This document shows positions 1 to 11,550 of a DNA stretch of 64,000 nt, one piece after another. Origin of the DNA: Nemertoderma westbladi (taxonomy: Eukaryota; Animalia; Xenacoelomorpha); NCBI GenBank assembly GCA_032718475.1, contig JAUCBJ010001578.1, positions 1-64,000 on the forward strand. Direction: 5' to 3'. How positions within the stretch are numbered: the stretch's first letter is position 1; the number at the start of each line of letters is the position of its first letter. A program made the translations under genes and the position numbers. Under the pieces are notes generated by a model, which was given only the letters and a program-made list of their open reading frames with translations, was not told where the DNA came from and did not search any database.

Positions 1-1827
1 CTTTCATTACGCCACATCGCCAAGTGGAGATTCAATTGTGGCTGTGAATTATTATAATCATTATTAGATTGACAACACAGTGTTGTGGTAGTGTACCCGT
101 ACTAGACTTGAGTCTTGTAATATGCCCCACTAACAACTCCGGGCTACGTCCTGAAATACAGCCTCTATGGAATATTATTAAATTATTTTCATTAGAAATA
201 TTCACTAGAAAGCCAGTCTGTCAATTTAATCGTCCAGTATCAATTCCCGCAGGCTAATACAATTTATTTTCGGGCTAAGGATGCCCTGCCCACTGGCTAA
301 GAAAGCTTGCGGGTAAACGATTCCCATTTTGTGAGCTAAGAATTCCGCGGGCTAGGCTAAGTCATCACCCAACCGAACATACAGTTGACTGTAACTGCTT
401 TACTCGCATCTCTGTAACCACAACCCAAATGCTGTGATTCACAGTATGCGATTTCACCGTGCTGTCACCGCAAGTGTATCTGAGAACAGGCCCGTTACTG
501 GTACAGCTACAATTAGGTTCAAAAAATTAATGTAAAACATCGAAAGGAGCAGGTTAAAGGGGTGGTGTTTTCTAACCAAAACAATAAACCAAAGTAGATG
601 TCATATGGGATCGATTCGCGCTGGAGAACTTTTTTATTTGCGACCAGCTGGCGCCACTATTTGCGAGATAAGGTAGAAATTTTAATTAATATCGAGACAA
701 ATACAACGTCTGTTTAATTGTTTTTGGGCAAACAGAAAAGTCCTCCATGTTGAAATTTTAGTAAGAAAGTGCCAGGAGGCCAATCTCTTTGGTTCGCGGC
801 CTCCTGTGTATGGGTTAGTTGGCTGTCTACTTTCTTGGGAAGCCTTTAGTAAATTTCGAAATTTCGGGGAATTCCATTCCACAGCAGATAAATGGGTTTA
901 CATGCTGGGGCGGCATAAGCTAAGACCATTACACATGCTATGCCTTTACTTTGTTAGTGGTCTGTCGCTGTCGCCACCCCAAGCTAATAATATACAGCAA
1001 ATAGCACGGAGACCGCTGACTCCTGTAATCCCTATGACATAATTTGTTATGACTCGAATCAATTATTTATCCTTACAAGAAAGTAACGTATTTCCAACTT
1101 GTGGCAAGCCAGAAGGCCACAATGTCAACTGATATAATAATACAAAAGGGATATTCTCATATTACCCCCCCCCCCCCCCCCCCCCCCCCAAGGATGTTTT
1201 TCTGTTTAGAAAAATGCTTTTGTTTCAGAAAATTTGGAATGTGGATCTTTAATATATATATATTATTTTTTTCTAATTTCAACTGGAATGGGTTTTTCAG
1301 TATGCTTTCACATGGCCTCCCCTCGGTACGCTAGTGCCCCCCCCCCCCCCCCCCCCCCCCCATTATAATGTATTGTAGTGTAGCCATCCACCCAACATAT
1401 TGCGTACTCAGAATTAAACTCCACACAGCCCCTACCCGCCCTTGCTTTCATTACCACCACACCGCCAAGTGGAGATTCAATTGCGGCTGTTATTTTCTGA
1501 TATTCGTTGTAAATTATTATAACCTAGGCGGTCCGGTTTAAATAACGGCTATAGCGTACAAACCTATGGTATGATATGGACGTGGTGTCCTGTGTGCTCT
1601 GCTGCAGCCATCCTACAGAGCACATAGAGCATTACTCACACAGGGAGAGCGAGAGAGAGATAGAGAGAGAGAGGGCTGCTTGATTGACACACGGCTCAGT
1701 GGGAATCTAGACTTTGAAGTGCAGCGCCTTTGGTAGAACTCAATGGCAGGATTTATAAGCCTGGTTCATTTCAATATTTGATCAAACTTTGATCAAAGTT
1801 TGATCAATGTTTGATCAAAGGAATGCT

Positions 1828-2129
1828 TTTTGAGAGCGGGACTGTACCCATGTTAATTTTATACTAGGTGGGATAAATGTTAGCCCTCTAAATCATTAAT
1901 TACCGATAGAAGAACCGAAATAATTCGATAAATTTCGCCCGAAAATCACGAAAATCGCCCAGCGGCAGACGGGCGAACTTCCGACGGCTCTGAGTATTAC
2001 GTTGCAACGAGTTAGGGCGAGACCTTTCTAACGAGATATAGCAAGCGAGATTTCATCGAGATGGGTTCGATTGTATAGCCGATGACAAACACACAGACAG
2101 ACAATCGATATTTATATATATAGATTAGA
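1828..2129 (-). mobile_element. 5' end of a family-A non-autonomous Helitron
   Basis: Matches the 5' ~300 bp of the other A copies (TC-TAA..TATATATAAATATCG, (CTGT)n). It abuts the CTAG terminus at 2130. The left boundary is approximate. Confidence 0.75.
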
Positions 2130-3701
2130 CTAGAAAGCCTGTGGCCCTTCGGGCCACAGCTTTCTAGTGCATGTGCAGATTATATATGAATATGTGTGGG
2201 AGATTGGAGAACTGCATACGGAACAGACACCATCATTAAATAAAACACCACCCCCATAAGAGATAACTGTCAAGTTTCAACTTTAGGCAGATTGTAAATA
2301 ACAAAATTTCCAGAAAATGATCACTTTCAGATCCACCCTCTACCTGCGGACTGGTGAAATGCAGACGACGCTGCAGTTTGGTAAAGATGGGGTTTATGGT
2401 GAAGTAAAATGCCTGCCTTTCAAGTTTCAGCTTAAACAGATTGTAAATAACAAAATTGGTGTAGATGTTCACATTCAGACATTTCACCCTCTAGCGGTAG
2501 ACACTGAAGAACTGTAGACGACTCTGGGACTCCGTAAAGATACAGAATATGCTGTAGTAGATTCCTGCCAAGTTCCAGCTCAAAGGGATTAAAAAGAACC
2601 AATTGGGATGAGGTGTTCACTAACAGACAATTCGCCCTCTAGCGGCAGATAGGGGAACTGTATACAACTCTGCGACTCAGTAAATGTAGAGCCTATGCTG
2701 TAGTAGATGCCTACCAAGTTTCAGTCTAAACCGTTAGTAAATAACAAAGTTGGAGAAGATGTTAACTTTCAGACATTTCACCCTCTAGCGGTAGACTGGG
2801 GAAGTGAATAGGATTCTGCAACCCCATAAAGATACAGCCTATGATGTAGTAGATACCAACCAAGTTTCAGCTCAAAATGATTAAAAAGAACCAAATGGGA
2901 TGAGGTTTTCACTATCAGACAATTCGCCCTCTAGCGGCCGACTGTGGAACTGTAGACGACTCTACTACTCCGCAAAGATATAGCCTATGCTATAGTAGAT
3001 GCCTACCAAGTTTCAGTCTAAAAGGATTGTAAATAACAAAGTTGGAGGAGATGTTAACTTTCATACATTTCGCCCTCTAGCGGCAGACGCGGGTAATGTA
3101 GACAATTCTGCGCGACTCAGTAAAGATATAGCCTATGCTGTAGTAAATGCCTACCAAGTTCAGTCTAAATGGATTATAAATAACAAAGTTGGAGAAGATG
3201 TTAACTTTCAGACATTTCGCCCTCTAGCGGTAGACTGGGGAATTGTAAATGACTCTGCGACTCAGTAAAGATACAGCCTATGCTGTAGTAGATGCCTACC
3301 AAGTTTCAGTCTAAACGGATTGTAAATAACAAAGTTGGAGAAGATGTTAACTCTCAGACATTTAGCCCTCTATCTAACGGTAGACTGGGGAACTGTGGAC
3401 AACTCAGTGACTCCGGAAATATACAGCCTATGCTGCAGTATATAGCTACCAAGTTTCAGCTCAAAAGCATTAAAAACAACCCAATATGATCAGGTTTTCA
3501 CTATCGGACAATTCGCCCTCTAGCGGCAGATGGGGGAACTTCAGACGGCTCTGAGTATTACGTTGCAACGAGTTAGGGCAAGACCTATCTAACGAGCTAT
3601 AGTAAGCGAGATTTCATCGAGATTAGATGTATAATATTAGATAAAATAATAATACAGTAAGTATAGGCCTACAGAAATAATTATTTTACTTTTAATATTC
3701 A
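2130..3701 (-). mobile_element. Family-A Helitron, 3' part (host copy split at an A|T site; continues at 22228-22890)
   Basis: Begins with the CTAG terminus and hairpin (ctagaaagcctgtggcccttcgggccacagctttctag) and contains 146-bp internal repeats. It stops at ...taatattca, where intact copies continue taacagtaaaac. Confidence 0.85.
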
Positions 3702-3938
3702 CTAGAAAGCCTGTGGCCCTTCGGGCCACAGCTTTCTAGTGCACGTGCAGATGATATATGAATATGTGTGGGAGATATGAGAACTGCATACGGAACAGAC
3801 ACCATCATTAAATAAAACACCACCCCCATAAGAGATAACTGTCAAGTTTCAACTTTAGGCAGATTGTAAATAACAAAATTTCCAGAAAATGATCACTTTC
3901 AGATCCACCCTCTACCTGCGGACTGGTGAAATGCAGAC

Positions 3939-5140
3939 TGTTCGCGCTTTTGAAGACCTTTAGCAGTTTAACCCGCCAAAATTTATATGTCTTTTAGTTA
4001 ATTAAAACACCTTTAGCATACGACAATATTTTATGCTAATAAACAAAACATTAGCCGATGTCAGCCCATGCGCGATCATTCACCCGATGGATCTACACCC
4101 GGGAGGCTGAATTCGGATGCTTAAATTTTATTATTGCAGTGTAAGGTTGCAGTGTAAACCTACTGTATTATTCGATAGATCGTTAATAATTAATTTCTGA
4201 CAGATATTATTGGCTTTCGGGAAATATTAACAGTTCCTTTAGGACGTGGCGCTCTATCTATTTAAACAGAGCTAGGACTTATACCAAACGCAACGATAAT
4301 GCTTATAATTAAAGTATAAAGCGCATTCTTTAGGAAATGCTTTGTTACCAATCACAATCATGCACACTATTCTGCCGACCGTCAGTAAATTTGATCACAC
4401 ATAAAAAGAACAGCAATTGACTCAGGTAGTGTCTACTAAATAACATTAGATTCAATACACACCACATGGATATAAATCGCAATTGTAATATATAGCCCGT
4501 CTCTCTAACCTGTAGTGTATCAAGAAAATTGGGTAATTTTGGGTGATTTATCTGTATTCTCCAAAGAGCAATATTTCATCAACAAATAGATACAATTAAT
4601 AACTGACGGTAAATAACAGTACAAACAATATAATTAATAAGTAAAGTTCGTGCCGTGTGCCGATAGTCAAGATCAGATTAGTAGATTAGTTTAGGTAACA
4701 GTTTATACTTTCGATAATTTAAGCAGTTTTACTGGAGTTCTTCCCAAAAGCCGGTGTTATGGCGAAAAATGGGAACACAACAACAGAATCATATGACTAG
4801 CTCCCTATACAAGGATACCAACTACCCTTATTCCACGAAGCTCCCGTTCAACACAGAGGATGAGCAGTGAGATAGGAAAATTTCAGTTCAGTAGCTCTGG
4901 GATAGGTCGAAATCAACGCCCACTCAAATTCTATTGGCCGATACGGACAGCAGGGCTGAGGCAACCTCCCTAAGCTGGTTGGCCGATTAAACGGAGCCCA
5001 GATACTTCCGTACAGCACATCAGCCAATAAGCTGGTAGCTTACACTATTCTAGCTAGGTATCCCTTTTAGAGTATTCAGCGACAGGGGGGGAACTGGTTG
5101 GCAAGGCAAACGAATCAGTTATCCCCCAAAAGCTTTTACA
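3939..5140 (-). repeat. 3' LTR (1202 bp)
   Basis: Direct repeat of 14862-15906 (tgttcgcgcttttgaagacc...agcttttaca). It has an extra ~160 bp (4526-4685) that the other LTR lacks. Confidence 0.95.
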
Positions 5141-5150
5141 CCGCTCCCAG
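5141..5150 (-). other. Short polypurine tract adjoining the 3' LTR
   Basis: The minus strand reads ctGGGAGCGG immediately before the TGTAAAAG start of the 3' LTR, which is the expected PPT position. Confidence 0.55.
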
Positions 5151-6071
5151 AAAATGGGATTTAAGTCTATAAAATATACAAAATCACAGTTTCTTAAATA
5201 CGAAAATACTCTAAACAGTTAGTCTTTCATGCGCGGACGGCGTTTACGCAGTTTTTTAAAGCTAGCAAGAGTCTTTCTCTCTTTGGGGCGAGCCACTTTA
5301 CAAGGAGGGCTATAACTCCTGGGTGAAGGGTGCAATATGATTGCATCAGAAGGTATGGGGTTACGATCGGTATATCCGCCGTTTCGATATGCTTCTCCTC
5401 GAGCTGATTTTACTCCGCTCATTGTTGGACACGTTCGTCCAAAACTCTCGCCGAGAATAGAGTCGTCCAAGCTCGATATCGTCTTAGAGATTCTGGATTT
5501 CCCAATCGAACTGAGATAAATCCAATTCGTTTATCGCTTGGACTTGCCGTTACAACTTACGTTTATATGAACAAACGCAGGTTTTAGGTGTCCGCGTCTC
5601 AATACGGCTAGATAAGATTGGTGACTAGCTAGAGCTTACTGCTGGAGTGTTACCGATTAATTGTTAGGGTAACACTAGATCTTTGAAAAGTGAATACAGC
5701 TCGGGAGGATCCGTCATACCAATAGGATCAAGAGTCTGAGATCTCACTAGGGAATGAGGAGGTCTGACCGAGAATTCCGGAACTCCGATCATGGGTTTGT
5801 TTAGTGATCGTTCGAGACGAGCGATCGTAGGTGATACGTCGAACAGGTTTCGCTCGAAACTCCCGTAAGTATAACGCGTAAAACTGTGTTTAGCGTAACG
5901 TCTCTGCGGATGTTTATGTTTTTCCGTTTGTTGGTTGGGTCTTGGGCATTCGTCACAATAATACCAAAGACGTACGTCCTGTAGAGGAAACGGGTGATAT
6001 TTATTTGGGGTTACAATGCTTCTCTCAAGAATTCCAAATATACGTTGGAGTTACCGCGTTTATCAGTTTCT

Positions 6072-6458
6072 TTAACGTCTTTTCTTTCGAGTCGATTTAC
6101 GAATAGAATTATCGTGTTCCATTCTCGGTTTATCGTTACGACTCCGCTGGGTATGATATTTAAATAAACCCATTTCCATTTTGGTGTCTACATCGCCCGT
6201 ATCATGTAGATCGGTAGGATGGCCGGTAGTTAAGAATTCCATATACGTACCATTACGATTCGTATAGCGAGCGGTGAATTTTCTATAGTCCAATTCACGC
6301 GTAAGTTGTTCCTGGGACCTCGGCGGTTCGATATAACGACCATCGTCCTCCGTAATAGTCGGATCGGCTTCACCGCGTATCAAGCTATCCACAAACGCTT
6401 GTAAAGGTAGGGTATATCGCTCTCTAATACCAAGGTCATCTTCTATTAATTCCGTCAT
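6072..6458 (-). CDS. Hypothetical 128-aa ORF in the 3' internal region of the LTR element (possibly an exon of an accessory gene)
   Basis: Same strand as gag and in a locally GC-richer, coding-like stretch (~5200-6700). No domain recognised. Confidence 0.35.
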   Translation of the reverse strand: MTELIEDDLGIRERYTLPLQAFVDSLIRGEADPTITEDDGRYIEPPRSQEQLTRELDYRKFTARYTNRNGTYMEFLTTGHPTDLHDTGDVDTKMEMGLFKYHTQRSRNDKPRMEHDNSIRKSTRKKRR

Positions 6459-8088
6459 ATCTGCTATCTGAGTTTATTAATATTGGTATGAGTCAATATT
6501 TAGGCAAGCGGGCGTCGCTGCCTACTAGTCTTTACCCTCGGACAGTGGGTTTCTCAGCGCCGATGTATCGTTGTCGCGGTGTTCACGCCAACATGTAGCA
6601 ACAACACGACAACGACAACCGGCACAAGTCCCACCACTGTCCGTCCCAAAGGCTTGAATCCACTTGAGGTTATCTCGGTAGAGTTAGGGCTACTTTACAA
6701 TTGCGATTAGCTACTGTAAACACACTTTAGTAGTAACATTCACCTATAAACGCACAAATTCCATACAATCATTACTTACTGCACACATGCAGGCCATTTG
6801 TCCGTTAGTCAGTGTCTTCCAGAATGTCACGTTATTACTATGTATCCTTGGATACTAATAGTGCGCTATGTATCCTCTTATGCTACGCAATGGGGCAAGC
6901 CTTTTATTGTTCCTTTAACTTGCTTCTAATTCTAGCGTGGGTGTTGCCATGGTGACATTATGGAAAACTAGCGGTAGAATTAGGGTAATTCTCATGCATA
7001 CAGATCTGGGATGCTATTTAATAGTAATTCTTTAATTGTCAATATCCTCTTTATGCATGATTTTATAAATTTTATCGGCTATTGACTATATATTGGAGAT
7101 TCTCGCACTCTAGTACACTCAATATGATGAATCTCCGCTCCCATGATCTATTAATTAATGGAATTTTGGGAATGTTATAAATTGTACAAAAATGACAATT
7201 TATGAAATTCATTTAAAATATGAATTTAAATTTATTCCCGTGAATTTTATTATTTGATGTTAAAATTGACACAATTTGATTCCAGAGCAGGTCTGGGGAC
7301 ATAAGATCCTTAATTCTATGAAATTTGTCTTTTAAGAGTATCGGTAAGGGCTACGATATCTTAATCGACTAGAATTGTTAACGGATCTGAATTTTACAGA
7401 TTTTAATAAATATTAAATTAATATTTAAGATGGGCACCGATTTATTCCAAAACTTGTCTGGGGACGTTAACCACTGATTCTAGAATTTGTCTTTCAAGTA
7501 TATCGGTGGGTGCCGCGATATCTTAATCGACTAGAATTACAGATGGTCAAAAGGTTTAACAGATTTATTTGCGATTTACGCTACTGTTAGAGGGACATCA
7601 CGCTACTATATGTATTATTTGAAATAAGGTAGAAGAGCAATATCGCACGAAGCAATGTCAGTGTGAAGAGGCAAGTCGTTTCCAAGGTCTACCCAGAGCT
7701 TGGTTTAGCCGAGACACGAGGATCTGAACTTTGCATTCCTAATACTCTGCCTACCAATAATACTTAAATATAGTAGTGGCTTTATTGTACTTTAATAAGT
7801 ACTGACATATCATCTTACTATAGTCTCACATTTATAATATAATACGGACAGTAAGGAAAGAGAAAAAATAATTATTTCTTGCCGTCGCACTAAATATATA
7901 TTATAAGTAATTACGTACGTAATAAACACTAATATATTGCACTAATCTACTAAATAATCGCTAAAATAACATTCTACTAAATAAAATTAAAGAAAACGAT
8001 TATAATAAAATTACGTAATAATACATACATAAATATAAAATAAAAACAAATATAAAATGATATAGTCACACGCCCACTCCACATGCTA

Positions 8089-11000
8089 TCACGTTATGGA
8101 GTCCCTAGATATTTGTCGGATTAGGGAAGTAGTCGTAGGAAGAGTATCTTGCCTTCCATAGTTTCCGGACAGTTTTCGGTCTCTTTCCAGTAAACATAAA
8201 CGACTAGCTGGGCGATTGAGTTGTTGTGTTACTTTCTCCGCTCCCTTGGCCTGTCTAATCTCCGCCGTGGTAAGATGAGGGGGCCATTCTTCTTCTTCTT
8301 TACTTAAGAAGTCAGATCCACCTAACCAGCCTGGAGTATCTATTAGTTCTTGAGGAGTTGCTCCTCTGGAAGCGATGTCGGCTGGATTAATCGTCCCAAG
8401 GCAATGTCTCCATTGATCTACATTGGAGTTAATATCGTCATTATCTGAGGAGTATGGTGTTCCCTCAGTTAGTTCGTCCACCTCACTGCTTTCCACTTCC
8501 CAATTGTTTACTTGATATATTTGTTCGTGGGGCATTCTCTCTTCGAGAGTTCTACGGGAAGGGCCAGTAAAGTACCAACCTACTCTAGTTCTTACCGCAT
8601 AGGTTTGCAGTGGCTGTGGTTGAGCAGGCCGTTTCTCCAATGTCTCAAGCGCTTCGTGCGCGTTTTGGCCGATGAGTATTTGCACTCCAGGATAATCTGT
8701 CTGGAATCGAGGTATCTTAAGATGTTGGATGTTCTCATCCTCGTCCCAATTATAAAGGTCTGCTTGGGTAGTAGCGAAGTTCTTTATAGCCACCATTTTT
8801 ACTGACCTTACACCTTGTGTTCCTAACTTATCCTGGGGGGTGGACAACACACCTACATAGTAATCTGCCGTCAGGGTAGATTTCCAAACCTGCATAATTC
8901 CTGACATATTCAATTTAGTCCGGAACTTGGGTTGTCCAGCAAAGATATCTTCGGCTAGCTCTTGATCGATGAATGTTCCTGTGCTGCCGGAGTCCAGGAG
9001 GGCGTTCACTATGTAACTTTTGTTAAGACCGTGAACTCTTACCTGCACTACAGGAAATTCTCTGATTCCTACGTTGGAAGTTGGAGCTTTCCAAGATGAT
9101 TGTTTGGTAAAAGTAGTTGGGGGAAACTCATCGTTGATGTCCTTTTCGTAAGTAAGTGCTTGATACACTGCGGTATTTATTAGATAACAGGATTCATTGG
9201 CGTCGGAGAATTCGTCAGTATAGAATCCTTCCATCTCAGACTCCTGATCAGTGTCATTTACATCACTGAATTGGACATGTAGTTCGGGCTCACTTACCTG
9301 ACTCTGTTTGTCTCGTTCGAACTCACTGTGTAACAAGATGTGATGTTTCGCGCCACACTTTGCACACTTTATGTTGGAGTAACAGGTTCGCCGTTGGTGT
9401 CCTGGTCGGAGGTAATTATAGCATAACCGCTTATTCCACAGGACTGTACGTCTGTCTACAAGGGATTTCTTTAGAAATTCAGCACACGCGCTCAAACGGT
9501 GGGGCCCGTCGCACAGCGCACATTTTGGTTTGATGTTACTCACCTTAACTTGGTTAACGTTATGCACTCTCGTTCTTTCTTCGGGCTTTCTTCCGTGAAT
9601 TCTCTTAGGAGACGTAGGAGGAGTTGTTGTTACCTGTTCTCTCCTGTCACTGGTTCGAGACTTGTATTTACTTACGTCTTTATAGGTCTTGTTGTCATAG
9701 TAAGATTTTGCTGCATCTTTCCCGCTGTCCTCTTCTTGAGAAGCTTGGCTTTCGCCGTCGTCAGTATAACACACTGGTATTATCCTTCTCCTAGAAACGG
9801 GTTTCTCACTTACCTTATTTTCCGATGTTTTCTCTCTGGACTGCTTGATGAGTTGTAGTTTTACTTTACAATCTAAGAAGGACATGAGATCAGCCATGGT
9901 AGGACTTCGTCGTTGTTGTTCATTCATGTACAACACTTTATTGTCCCAGCGTGTACATACTCCACCCTTTGGTAAAGTAGAGACTACGGCTCCAATAACC
10001 ATGGAACTTTGATACTCATGAGACTTACCTAACCAGTCCAGTTGTCTACAGATCTCTTGAATTTCATCGGAAAACTCTATAATCCCACTACTAAGGAAGT
10101 GTCGGGGGGCTACTAATTTTGCATACAAATACTTAGCTATGTTATCCTTGTTACCATACCTGATGTTTAATGTATCCCAAACTTGTCTTAATCCTTCTGG
10201 ATGTCCAATAAACTTTAACGCCATTAACTTGGGAAGTCCTTCCAAACATTTGATGAGGAATCTAAGTTTCTCTCCGTTAGATAGTACAGAGTTCTGTATG
10301 CTATCTTTGTAATATTTGTTGAAAGGTAACCATTTCATCTCATCTCCATTGAATTTGACGATCTCTCCCACTTTGACCGCTTGGCGGGCTTCTGTTCTAG
10401 CCATCTGACGCGTAAAGCTTTCTTGGGCCATCGTGTTATTTAATATCGAATTATCGGTATATAAATTTTTCGGATCATTATCAGGTCTATAGGGAATATC
10501 ATTAATAACAGGTCTATAATCACCCTTAATAGGGTTTGCTATAGGAGTTTCAACTTCACTAGCAGTATAGATGCGTGTAGGCTCCACACCTTGCGCATGT
10601 AATACTTCAGACCTAACAGGTTGACACAATGTTACAGGGGGTATTGGTATGCCCTTTTGTATATTGACTAATTTGTCGCGTTCTAGCGCGATACTTTGCT
10701 GCACTTCTTGCAACTCTGCTCTACCTTCCCTCACTGTTCCCTTAAGTTGGTGGACAGTCTCCTGCATCTGTCCCAGCAGGAGATTCATCACACGCCGTCC
10801 CTCTTCCACCCACTCAACCGCCGAAGCGGGAGTCGCCAACATAGTAGCGGGCTGACGCGGGACGACGGGAGACAAATTTTTAATTTCTCTCTCTGCTATC
10901 TGGACAGGGATATTCTCCTGGACTGTTCCACCGGGTACAGGCAGTGTAGTACTATGTAAAGGGAATTTAGAGTTAAGCTCTGGAAGTACAGGGGTCTCTA

Positions 11001-11550
11001 ACACAGAAGTGACTTTGGGAACGACAGGCCTAATTATCTCAGGCTCATCAACTATTGTAGAGAGTCTTTGGACCTTAATACTTTGAGGTGTAGGTTCTAT
11101 ACTACTCAAGTCTGTGCTAGCTAGCTGTCTTCTAACAGCTGGGGGCAAATCAGGCAATTTGCGACGGTAAGAGGTTTTTCTACGCCTACTTAGATGAGAT
11201 CTATTTCCCCCGCCTTCAGGATCGGTAGTATCGCCTTCCTCCGAGGATGTGTATCCCTGGCGCTTGGGAGTAGATTTTCTCATCATCTGCATTTGATTAG
11301 CAGTAAACTGTTTATTTATACTGTCTTGCGTCTCTTGCAGATTTTCCAACTCCAGTTGGATAGTCTCCTCAGAAGCTCTCCGTTCTGCTTCTGCCACTGC
11401 GCTTTTCTTTCTGCTTCTGCTTCTGCCGCCTTTCTTTCGGCTTCTGCTTTTGCTTCTGCCGACTTTCTTTCGGCTTCTGCTTTTGCCGACTTTCTTTCGG
11501 CTTCTGCTTTTGCCGCCTCTGCTGCTGCCACCTTTCTTTTCTCTATCCAT
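8089..11550 (-). CDS. gag: Bel/Pao Gag-aspartic protease polyprotein (C-terminal part) with RNase H and integrase tail remnants
   Basis: DUF1759-like capsid region (KFNGDEMKWLPF...EKLRFLIKCLEG...LNIRYGN). Zinc knuckles CALCDGPHRLSAC, CYNYLRPGHQRRTC and CAKCGAKHHILLH. Protease ALLDSGST...ILIGQN. Then WRHCLGTINPADIASRG...WLGGSDFL...WP and RPASRLCLLE. Confidence 0.9.
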   Translation of the reverse strand: MDREKKGGSSRGGKSRSRKKVGKSRSRKKVGRSKSRSRKKGGRSRSRKKSAVAEAERRASEETIQLELENLQETQDSINKQFTANQMQMMRKSTPKRQGYTSSEEGDTTDPEGGGNRSHLSRRRKTSYRRKLPDLPPAVRRQLASTDLSSIEPTPQSIKVQRLSTIVDEPEIIRPVVPKVTSVLETPVLPELNSKFPLHSTTLPVPGGTVQENIPVQIAEREIKNLSPVVPRQPATMLATPASAVEWVEEGRRVMNLLLGQMQETVHQLKGTVREGRAELQEVQQSIALERDKLVNIQKGIPIPPVTLCQPVRSEVLHAQGVEPTRIYTASEVETPIANPIKGDYRPVINDIPYRPDNDPKNLYTDNSILNNTMAQESFTRQMARTEARQAVKVGEIVKFNGDEMKWLPFNKYYKDSIQNSVLSNGEKLRFLIKCLEGLPKLMALKFIGHPEGLRQVWDTLNIRYGNKDNIAKYLYAKLVAPRHFLSSGIIEFSDEIQEICRQLDWLGKSHEYQSSMVIGAVVSTLPKGGVCTRWDNKVLYMNEQQRRSPTMADLMSFLDCKVKLQLIKQSREKTSENKVSEKPVSRRRIIPVCYTDDGESQASQEEDSGKDAAKSYYDNKTYKDVSKYKSRTSDRREQVTTTPPTSPKRIHGRKPEERTRVHNVNQVKVSNIKPKCALCDGPHRLSACAEFLKKSLVDRRTVLWNKRLCYNYLRPGHQRRTCYSNIKCAKCGAKHHILLHSEFERDKQSQVSEPELHVQFSDVNDTDQESEMEGFYTDEFSDANESCYLINTAVYQALTYEKDINDEFPPTTFTKQSSWKAPTSNVGIREFPVVQVRVHGLNKSYIVNALLDSGSTGTFIDQELAEDIFAGQPKFRTKLNMSGIMQVWKSTLTADYYVGVLSTPQDKLGTQGVRSVKMVAIKNFATTQADLYNWDEDENIQHLKIPRFQTDYPGVQILIGQNAHEALETLEKRPAQPQPLQTYAVRTRVGWYFTGPSRRTLEERMPHEQIYQVNNWEVESSEVDELTEGTPYSSDNDDINSNVDQWRHCLGTINPADIASRGATPQELIDTPGWLGGSDFLSKEEEEWPPHLTTAEIRQAKGAEKVTQQLNRPASRLCLLERDRKLSGNYGRQDTLPTTTSLIRQISRDSIT

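Noticed and set aside
1-1492. 45-bp direct repeat (1-45 and ~1445-1490) as an LTR pair
   Set aside because: Cut by the window edge, short, and with no internal retroelement signal. It cannot be assessed.
5141-8088. env gene in the LTR element
   Set aside because: No long ORF with a signal peptide or transmembrane segment.
11316-11550. Programmed ribosomal frameshift between the two overlapping ORFs
   Set aside because: The switch falls inside a peptide repeat and is explained by one missing G. It is not at a gag-pol boundary, and no clear slippery heptamer is present at the switch.
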